Under the pieces are notes generated by a model. The model was not told the DNA's origin. It did not search any database and saw only the letters and a list, made by a program, of their open reading frames with translations. Below, piece after piece: positions 54,117 to 64,000 of a stretch of DNA of 64,000 nt (its first letter is position 1; each line of letters begins with the position of its first letter). Made by a program: the position numbers and the translations under genes. Origin of the DNA: Geosiphon pyriformis uo1 (lineage: Eukaryota; Fungi; Glomeromycota); the NCBI GenBank assembly GCA_016748015.1, contig JAAOMT010000302.1:62001-126000 (forward strand). The letters run 5' to 3'.

Positions 54117-55439
54117 ATGTCTTTGGAAATTCAAGAAATCTTATCGTCAGGAATGCCATCGAATATCCCAAATAGGCAAAAATTACTTGGAAGAGAAAAT
54201 TCTTTCGGAACTTTGGAATCTCATTCCAATACTTCCAATAAAATTAGTATTGATTTAGAAGCTTTAAAGAATTATGCAAGACAAATATTCGATCAAAAAT
54301 GTACAACTCTTCAGAAACTTGGTGAAAATGATTTTCACGAAACCTATCTGTTGACTATGGATGACTCTACTGAGTATATTGCTCGAATAGCTTTTCCAGA
54401 ATATCCTAAATGGAAGACTGAGAGTGAAGTTGGAGTGATGAAATATGTCAAAGAAAAAGCTTCAAATATTCCTGTTCCAACTATTTTTCATTGGGAAAGT
54501 TCTGCTGAAAACCCTGTAGGCACAGAGTTTATTATAATGGAACGTTTACCCGGGGTTGCTTTATCTCAAGTATGGGATAGTCTGAGTTTACAAAACCGAA
54601 AGGAAATTCTCCTACAAGTTATTGAAATTCAGTGCACGCTTAAAAATCTATCATTCCCCAAAATCGGAGGTATATTTTTGGATGATAAAAGCTCTGATGG
54701 TTTCAAGATTGGACAAGCAGTCGAATTCACTTTCTTCAAGGAGGATCGTTATTTACTATCTTTGGATCGTGGACCTTTCGAAACAACGTGTGAATACGTA
54801 ATGGCAGCTGCCAATAAAGAAATTATTTATCGCCGCAATAACACCTCGCCTCAACACCAAGCCAAATGGGTGCCAGTTTTTGAGGAACTGGCTTCACTCG
54901 TTTCCTCGCACTTTTCTGATGATCAAATGCAAAAATTTATTTTAACACACGGAGATTTTCACTCGACAAACATTTTGGTTAGAGGAACAGAAATCACTGG
55001 CATCATAGGTTGGGAATGCTCTGGTTCGTATCCGATCGAATGCTTTTGTGACTATCCTGCCTGGATACTTGATGACCCTATGGTTAGATTCCAAGATCAA
55101 GAAGAAAATTTCCAACTTCAGGAGTTTTGGTATGAGGAAATGGAGCGACGCGACCCGGAATTCATTCAAATTCTTGAGGATCTCAATGATATGAGGGTTG
55201 GAATTTATGAAGCAGTATTCATTAATTTTGATCTAGGTGGTCGAATTGTTAGTTTCCTTCAAAATTTACCAAAAGAACACGGGAGGAAAACGCGAAGTCC
55301 ATTGATGAAACGATCACTTCGTGTACAACAAATATTTGTAGATTGTCAAACATGGGTCACAAAGAAGGCTGATAAAGTTGGAAAAGCCATCTTTTGCTCC
55401 TCTAAAACTTTGACTGATGATATTTTTGAAGAGGGATAA
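54117..55439 (+). CDS. Aminoglycoside phosphotransferase/choline kinase-like family protein, possibly catalytically impaired
   Basis: YIARI, KTESEVGVMKYV, IPVP, NPVGTEFIIMERLPGV, GPF, LTHGDFHSTNILV, GIIGWE. Confidence 0.88.
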   Translation: MSLEIQEILSSGMPSNIPNRQKLLGRENSFGTLESHSNTSNKISIDLEALKNYARQIFDQKCTTLQKLGENDFHETYLLTMDDSTEYIARIAFPEYPKWKTESEVGVMKYVKEKASNIPVPTIFHWESSAENPVGTEFIIMERLPGVALSQVWDSLSLQNRKEILLQVIEIQCTLKNLSFPKIGGIFLDDKSSDGFKIGQAVEFTFFKEDRYLLSLDRGPFETTCEYVMAAANKEIIYRRNNTSPQHQAKWVPVFEELASLVSSHFSDDQMQKFILTHGDFHSTNILVRGTEITGIIGWECSGSYPIECFCDYPAWILDDPMVRFQDQEENFQLQEFWYEEMERRDPEFIQILEDLNDMRVGIYEAVFINFDLGGRIVSFLQNLPKEHGRKTRSPLMKRSLRVQQIFVDCQTWVTKKADKVGKAIFCSSKTLTDDIFEEG

Positions 55440-56669
55440 TTATACTCTCGACTAGCTCTCTTACCCGTCATTCCTCCAAATTACTTGGCTCAATACAATT
55501 CGTTCTAAAGAGACTCTGATTAATAATTGAAGCTTTGGAACTCATCAATTATTTTCCAAAAGCCGTTTGCTTTGGCAATTCAATTTAAGTTGAGAATTGA
55601 GCAAAAAGTTTGCTATTTATAATCCAAAACTCTGCTAATACTTACTGAGCGTTTTAGTGAGAAACTATTCCAGAAAAATATTTAAGTTTTTAGATGATAT
55701 AAATTTGTGTTTATAGATTTATTTTAACATAATTAAAGGAAAATTAAATAGAATGAATATTATTTATAATGTCAATCTTTGGATAATTATAATTGGGTCA
55801 TCGAACAATGAAATGTGTAAATTTGTAAGTTCGTATAACAGCTTTAAATAAATTCCAAAATTCGGGATCTTTTAGACATAACTTTAAGTCCTCGAACTAA
55901 ATATAGACAATTACAAGAAAACCCATTAACCCCCTTCAAATATCATTTTCAAATAGGATTCTTAGAATTTATATGTAGAGCCTTAAGACCTATATTTGGC
56001 GACTCTAGTCTAGAAATCTTTTTTGGCTCTTCAATTTGTGTAAAGAAATGACCACATAATTTTATTACTAGTACCCTGAAGCAAGAAAACAATAAATTAA
56101 AAACCGGATAATTGCGATAATAATCCAGGTACAAAGGAATACATGCTTTTTCTGAAACTTTGTTTCATCAAAAGTTCACGACTAGCTACGCGAAACTAGT
56201 TAAATGCACAATTCGGCAGAACAAGGCAATTTCACAAAAAATCAAACTTTTGTGTATCATAACTGGCATAGCCGAAATATATTCTTAATGACAATATTAC
56301 TCAACTACAATAGACGATCCTAAAAAATTATTTAATTATTACAAAGTTTTTCATTTGGGTTTTTGTTTAAATACGAAGGTTTCCCGCGCAATAATTGTAT
56401 AAAATATGCGAACACGCAGTGCGTCTAATTATTAGTATTTCACTTTAGTTCAAAAGGTGTTCCGACTTAGATAGTTTGGAGTCTGCCTATTTTTTGTTCT
56501 TGCTTTAATTTAATTCGAAATCAACTTTATACTCTCGCTTTAAACATTTTTCTCACCTTCAAATTTTTCACAGCGGGACTGTGGACATTCACCCATATTC
56601 TTTCTGGATAAAAAACTCTTATTTCTTTAATTTCGAAATTCCTATTTAACAATATCTTAAAATTCAACA

Positions 56670-57815
56670 ATGTTCGACGAAATCGATTTATCCGAAAATG
56701 AGAAAGGAACAAATGAATTAGTTCACGGCAAGCCCCCAAAAAAGTCATTCTTTCATGTTTATGTGATAAGACCATTTCAGAAGAACCCATGGAATAGTTT
56801 GAGTCTAGTTTTGATCTTTTTATCAACATTATTCCTGTTTATACTACTGGTGGGCGGTCGAACACAAGCTATATATCTATCACGGTTTACATTCTCCGAT
56901 TTAATTCAAAAGATCACAGCGAAAGATAAAATCACCTTCACTTTATATGGACATTGTGTAGACAATGAATGCACCAACCCTAGCATGACTCATAATTTTG
57001 ATAAATGTAAATATTTATAGTTTTATTTTTTATGAAATATTTGGGAATTATTAACAAATTATGGTTTGCTTTTCATAGTGCCATCACCATCAGATATCAC
57101 AAGTGGTATCAAAATTGCCAAGCGGAGGTTTAGTGTCGATATTATCACCAATGGGCCAAGCAATATCGCTAAAGATGCTGGTAAAACAATAAGCGATGGA
57201 GCTCAAGGTGCTGGTAAAACAATAAGCGATGGAGCTAAAGATGCTGGTCAAACAATAAGCAATGGAGCTCAAGATGGAAGCAAAATCATCAAAGAAGGGG
57301 CTGAAAAGGCTGGTGATGCAATAATAAATGCTGCTGGATTACTAGAAAGAATGTTAAAAGAGTTTGTTAATTTTAAACCAAAACGCCCTACCGTTAATTT
57401 CTCTGGATTAATCTCGATTCCGTATTTGATTGCATTATGCTCAAATATTGGCGCCTTAGTCTTGCTTTATTTTCAATTCCCTACACCCGCCACTTTATTC
57501 ATTTTTGTCTCTGCTATTATGAACGGTCTCGCGATATTGTTTGATTTGCTGGTTTTTGTTTGGGTATTTGAGTTGATCGAAAAAATACCCGGAATCGGTA
57601 ATCAAAAGACCGGCCCAGGGATTTGGTTAGCTGGTTGGAGTGCCACCTTTTTGTGTATTGCTTGTCTAATCTTGGGTTTTCGTCTTTATGAAAAATTGTG
57701 TTGTGGTGGATGGATTCGTGATGTCACTAAGGCACTGAAAAAGAAGATAAAGAAAATGCGAAAACCAAATATTAGTGAAGAAGAAATACGTAAACAAATG
57801 CTCGATCGGGTGTAA
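56670..57815 (+). CDS. SUR7/PalI-like tetraspan membrane protein with 11-aa repeats; intron 57007-57078
   Basis: One N-terminal TM, FTLYGHC...C motif, three C-terminal hydrophobic segments incl. GPGIWL, basic tail. Confidence 0.72.
57169..57277 (+). repeat. Three 33-nt coding tandem repeats (DAGKTISDGAQ)
   Basis: GCTGGTAAAACAATAAGCGATGGAGCT-type unit occurs three times at 33 nt spacing. Confidence 0.9.
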
Positions 57816-58205
57816 ATTATGGGATGTATGAGCAGGAGAATCAAAGAAAATTTTGAATTATTCCTTAATTGTATTTATAACTAGACAACTTGTATAATTT
57901 TTATTTTACATATTACTTGCGCTAGACCATTAATTTTTAGAATATGAGCTGGCGTGTATCATGAAATTTTGACATATGAAATGAAAAAGAATGGCTTATA
58001 GCATAACATTAATCAATGAAAGATTTACAAAATTGAACATGCTCTTTTCGTTGAGTTTTGAGTGACGAATTTCAAATGTGAAAATGGTATTAGGATGCAT
58101 GAGACCAAAAATAATGCTTTGTACTTGAAAAAATTTAAAAATTAAATGTCCAAACCATGTCTAATATTTTCTATGAAACTGCCATCCTCTATATCTCTTC
58201 GCATT

Positions 58206-59523
58206 TTAATCATCTTTTGCAGGTTTCCCCGTGTTTTCCACATTACCGGCAGGAAATAGTTCTTCCAGAATTTCATTCATGAGATCATTATAGGCAGGAT
58301 ATTCGCTAGGGTTTGCAAGTATATTTTTAAAAGAAGCAGTTTGTCGTACATTTGTGAAGTTGCTGACGACAAATTTCATTGCTTGCTCTTTCAACTCTGG
58401 ATACTTCCATGCGGTGCCAAATAAGAATTCAGCCGCATCATTGACATTAGAATCCTTGAATATCTCCATTTTTGCGTGTTGTCTCAAATCATCAATTAAA
58501 TATTTATCAGCGATGCAAAACATATCAAGTGCAGTGGTGTGCGAGTAGTCTTCTTTACTATCACAAAAAGAAACGCGATTGGTGTAGAGGAAACGAAGCA
58601 TCTCCAGGAAAGTTTCATCATGAAAATCAGGAACATCAATATTGTGAGTAAATTTTGAGGGTTTTATTAGACGAATATCGGGGACTGTTGACGGACTAGT
58701 AAGACATGATTGATCTGATGATTCGGCCCATGTTCCCTGGAATATTTGTCGAAAGTATTTTGATCTAGTCGCAAGAATTGCCGAATTTGCATAGATCACT
58801 TTTCCTTGGACACTGAACTGAACATCAGCGCTCTGTGGATTGTTCAATTGTCCCTCCCAAGCTCTGACTAAATCCTCGGGTACATGGTTGCAAGGGTTTG
58901 GATTGCTGGGCAATGGCCATTTTTGTGATACAAGTCCAATCTCAACTTTTTCAAATTCGACCCCAAAAATTACCTGATCTGGTAGAGTAGCCTTTTTATA
59001 GAACGCTTCCCATCCTACACATTTGTATATTTGAATTAGGATGTGTGAATTTTTCCAAGATATATTAGAAAAAGTAATGCCCTTGAAAAAATCAAATACC
59101 CCATCCCGATAATTTCGCAGAAAACGAATTCATTTTCACGGGTGTCTTTTTGAACACAGTATTGCTTCGAGGATTCTTTAAAAAAAGCTTTGCGCTAAGA
59201 TTACTTCGTCTAGTCCAGGTGGAGTTAGTATTTGCTTCGTCATGATTTGGGATTGCGAATAAAAATGCGGCACAATAGTCTGGTTCTTCTGAAGAGGACT
59301 TTAGAATAAAGAGTCCACCAGAATAATTCCATAAAGTTAGGACAAATAAATAATTGAAAGGATCGATCGGAAATATGTCACAAAAACCTACCGGGATAAA
59401 CTCCAATTGCCAAAACATATCATGAGAAGTTCCAAATGGTGGACTATAGACAGTTGCGGTAAGAGCTGATATACCGGTAAGAAGAAATTCGAAAGAGCTC
59501 TTGGTTTTAAAAGCCGAAGACAT
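58206..59523 (-). CDS. BTB/POZ-domain protein with MATH-like N-terminus, multi-exon
   Basis: ADVQFSVQGKVIYANSAILATRSKYF, FLEMLRFLYT, ADKYLIDDL; N-terminal YSPPF..FWQLEF, GWG motifs. Confidence 0.88.
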
Positions 59524-62500
59524 TGGAGAATAAAAAAATATGCGAGATGATATTGAGAATATGCAAGCGAATATAAATGAAGGGAGAAATCAGCTAAAGA
59601 AAAATGATCTTGAAATTGAGCAAAGTTGTTTGGGAAAAGTAGGCTAAATTACAAAAGATATGTGTACGACGACAAAGATACCTACAAAAAGGGAAGAGCT
59701 GAACACAAGAAATGCTTTAGACGGACACAATTGTATGTCTGACTTTTATGGAAATTAATCTTTTTTGAAATTTGATATTAAAATATAAGGCGGGCACTCT
59801 GAAAAGTGAAAAGAATTGCGTGAGAATGTAGTGAAGCTGATCAGTTTGATCAAAGTACTTGAGCCAAAGCTTCGGGGCTCAGATTAATTAAAATTGTTAC
59901 AAATAAAAGGCTGCAAACAAATGGATCAAAAATTGAAGTCCCGTTTTGTTCAACATAGATTCTCAAGAAACAGAATAACACGAGGCATGCCTGATAATGC
60001 GAAACCTATAATAAAAAGGTCAAAAAAGGGGCAATAGTAATTTCTAATAATCAGAATGATGATCTATTGTGTATGCGTCATTCCAATGTCAAATGATCAT
60101 TGTTGAGAAAAACCACATGAATATATAATCACTGACGTTGATGCTTACAATTTTAATAAAAAGATTTTTTTTTTTTCAAAACAAAAACGGGGTGATGACA
60201 TAATACAGAGAATACATTTTTTAAAGCAGATTTTTGCATGCGATTTTAATCTCAAATCATGTTTTCCAAAAGAATAGAAAGTTAAAATCAGAGTAAAATA
60301 AAGATCAATTTTTTTCGAAATAGTATTTTTACATAAAATTTTTTTGATAAACTTTTATTCCTTGGATTTTTATATCAGGGATAAATAAAATGGGCAAAAG
60401 TCTTGCTTGGATTTAAAATAATTTTAAATTTCATTGAAAAAATACACAAGCCATGTCTAGAAAAATTTAAGGATTTAATAGAAGAATGGTAAATTAAAAT
60501 TTTTGAAAGCATGGTTGAAATTTTGGAAAACATTGAAGAATTGAGAAAAGTGTCATATTAATAAAATTTTTGAGTTAAAGGTTTTTAATTTTAAAAGGCA
60601 AATAGTATTATATGAGAATTGAAACTATTTTTTAAAGCCATTTAATTTTTTCATGTTTTAATTAATAATGACATGAAATATTCAAATAGTCACTTTCTAA
60701 CAAAGTAAAAAATATGCTATATATATTCGTTTATTTCGGAAAAAATATTAGCTTTGGAACAAGTATTTAAAATTTTTTGGATATCCTTTAGCCGCTTTTA
60801 ACGGCCGATAATGAATTAATATTTTATTTAACTAAAAACCACAGTAAGATAATCTTTTGTTAAGAATTCATAATGAAATCTAATTTAAATTGAATTTATA
60901 GAATAAGATTTAACAAGATCTTTTGAAAAGACATTGGTTTTTTTTTTTTCAAAAAAAAAAAATTAATTAAAAATAAAATTAATCACATAAATTGAATGTG
61001 AAAAAAAATAAATCTTAGAAAGCAATCAATTAATTATTTCAATTATTTAATTAATGTTTTATAATATTGTTTTTGTTCTTTTATTGACTATTTTTTTTGT
61101 ATATTTTACATATTTTAAACAGAATTTTATTTTATTTTATTTTATTTTGTACAAATCTTTTTTAAAAAGCAAAAATGTAATATTAATTCTTTGAAAAAAT
61201 TTAATCAAAACAATTAAAAAATTTTTTCAATAAAATTTATATCATAATAATAAGAATGATTTTTTTGAAATTGTATTAAAATTGGTTCACAAAAATATTT
61301 TTTTAATATATATATAATAATTTAATAAATATATTTTTTTTTATGCATTAACGAGTGTGACCCAACTGATAAATATTATTCTGTTTTAATGTATATATAT
61401 TCAAATTTTATTATTATATATTACTTGAAAAATACTATTTATTTATTTATTTATTTATTTTTGTTAGATTTAAATTATAAAAAAAAATATTATACATAAA
61501 TTAAAAATAATTTTATGGATTTTGTAAATATTTTCGTTAAAAGTGATAATTAAATAGTAAAGATTATGGAAAAACGTTTTTTTTTATTTGTTGTTTCAAA
61601 AAATAATTATACGTAAATTAAAAATTAATATTGTTTTTTTTTTCCATTAAATTCTAAAATTGTATTTATTAATTAATTATCTTAAAATATTTATTCATAA
61701 GTATTCAACTATTTTATAATTGTTGTTATAATCTAGAAAACAGTGTTCAATTATATAATTAAATAGTATAAAATTATATTTATTAATAAATGTCTTTTAA
61801 AGAAATTATAATATTAAAATTATAATTGATTAATTGGGTAATTTTCATGCATTCATTTTTAGACAATTCCAAACAGAATCACAAAGTATTTATTAATTAA
61901 AATAATTTATCATAAAATCATATAATAATAAAAATATTTAACGGGGACATATTTCTGTGTGAAACATTTATGAAACTTTATCTTAAATTTAATAAATGTA
62001 TGATACAAATTAATTAGTCGAGTATTCGGGAAGGAAAAAAAAAATAAATTAAAAAAATAAATTAATTTGAAGAATAAGTATCGCGGGAATATTTTTTTGA
62101 CAACTTTAAAGTTCTCAATGAACTAATTTTTGTCTATCCTAATCTAGTAACAAAGCTAAAATACTTGAAAAAAAAAAAGCGATTATCTTGATAAAAGATA
62201 TTTATTTTGCCAAGTAAAAATTAAAAAAAGGTTTAATTGAATCTAACAATTTTTTGTATTTTTGATAAGCCCATTTCATGGTTCAAATCTTATTTTATAT
62301 ATCAAAAATTATACTAACTAGCTTAAAAAATCATTAAAACTATTTTATTTTCAGGTTCAATATTAAATTTATTTTACAGTAAAAAATTTTATATTAATAT
62401 TTTTTTACAATTCAGATTCCCATTTTACGCGTTTTTCATGTATCAAAAAAGTCTAAATTCTTAACCTTTTTATTTTACATGACACTATTCAAAAAAAAAA

Positions 62501-64000
62501 AAAAAAAAAAATTTGAAAACCTTTAACCGTGACTTTTCGGACGTTACCAAAAGGGATTTTATTTCAGCCACTGGCTAACCTAATGAAATTTTAGACTCTA
62601 GGGCGTACTTTTTTCATTTATTAAATTTAAGAATGCTCTTTGTATTGATTCTACGATTTCGTTTCATAGTTTTCTTGAAAAACCAAAATGCCTAAAACCA
62701 GAATTTAAAAAGACGCCTTACTCATTTATATCTTCAGATGGTAGCATGTTTTTTAAAACCCCATTTAAACAAATAGTAAGCTCACTAAATACTAAAAATA
62801 AAAATCTTTGTAATTGTGTAAATAGATTACAGCGACTTTGATCATACCACCATTTAATTCATTCTTTAGAAGAACAATTTCTCCTAAATTCAACATGCAA
62901 CTCCTTTTATTACAGTAAAACAAATGGTCGCTAAAAATAGGATTCCATTTTGAAACTGAGATTTACATACATTTGTCATAATTATTTGAAATCTTATTAC
63001 ACACTATTATTTTAGATCAAGTTTTCTTTGGCAAACCATCAAATACATGATTCATTTTAATCCTTTGAAAAAAAATTGACATGACGAAAATTTCCCCCAG
63101 ATAAGTTTTTAGATTTTTTAGAGATAGTTACAATTTTTCATGTTAATATCCTTTATTTTAAAAGGTAGGAACAGCGAAAATTCGGGATTCTAAAAGCAGT
63201 AAAATTTTCGGGCCGGAATTTTTAAGGATCAATGAAGAAATTTGTCCAAACGAGGGAAGATTTCAGACCAAACTTTCTATAAATGCAATCAATTCTAGTA
63301 AAAGTATAGATTCCTATTAAAGAAATAGGAAAATCAAAGACCTAAATCTCTGAAAGAATTTATTTTTAAAATATGGGCTTCGCGATTCAGATAACTCTGT
63401 TTTGAAAAATAATTAAACCCTAAGATGGTTTCATAAAAAAAGTTGGCGTTAAAAAAGGAAGAAATGATAATCGACGTACATAATTTTCATCAAATAATAA
63501 TTGATTTTCAGATAGAAATTCCAGTTATGTTAAAAATCATTAAAGACTTTGTTGTCAAATCATTTCAAAAAGGAATACTTTTTATTATTACAGCAAATTT
63601 GGCCAGTCTTTGAATACATTATCGCAGTTTTATTTTTAAAGAATTACTAAGCTTGAAAGCAACTTAAAAGGATTCATGTTTATTGTGGTTCCCGATGCAC
63701 TTACAGCCAGTAGTTTCTCTTTTGATAATCATTTGTTAACCAGAAAAAGTAATTTTTCATTGTATAAACATTTTTACCTATTCTTTTCGCGACTGAAAAG
63801 ACAGCGGTGTGGTATCGAGAAGAAAAGAAAATAAAAGAAATTTTTTTAATAAACTTTTAAAGATCATATTTTGTAGCCAAAGAATTTATGTTAATGCTTT
63901 AGGATGAATTAATTTCTAGAAGGTTATAAGCACAGCCGTACTTGGAACTGAAAAATATTAAATGAAGCGAATTTTCTAAAGAGCCAAATTTTTCCCTTCT

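Noticed and set aside
59600-64000. Terminal 4.4 kb
   Set aside because: AT-rich, no ORF, RNA gene or repeat structure that I could support.
1-64000. CRISPR arrays, tRNA or rRNA genes
   Set aside because: No regularly spaced repeat-spacer array or recognisable structural RNA gene seen.

Overview
AT-rich, intron-containing fungal genomic DNA; gene content (Sel1-repeat proteins, MATA-type HMG box, BTB protein, HSPA12-like Hsp70s) suggests Glomeromycotina/early-diverging Mucoromycota (inference). Ordinary genes: aldehyde dehydrogenase, TM9SF/EMP70, HMG-box factor, Sel1 proteins, APH-like kinase, SUR7/PalI-like membrane protein, MATH/BTB protein. The main signal is a ~21 kb array (16.5-37.6 kb) in which four diverged atypical Hsp70 (HSPA12-type) genes alternate with three paralogous uncharacterised coiled-coil genes ending in a GrpE/MIEAP-like beta domain, two pairs being head-to-head across 320-390 bp; a spliced, divergent PARP-like ADP-ribosyltransferase (not recovered by the ORF track) sits inside the array. 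Also found by manual reading: a decayed intron-bearing Fanzor/TnpB-like nuclease with a candidate omegaRNA stem (44.4-45.1 kb), a ~880 bp inverted repeat pair bracketing a Sel1 gene that keeps a vestigial kinase N-lobe, and an APH-like kinase lacking its metal-binding Asp. Exon boundaries were read by eye; no database searches were run.
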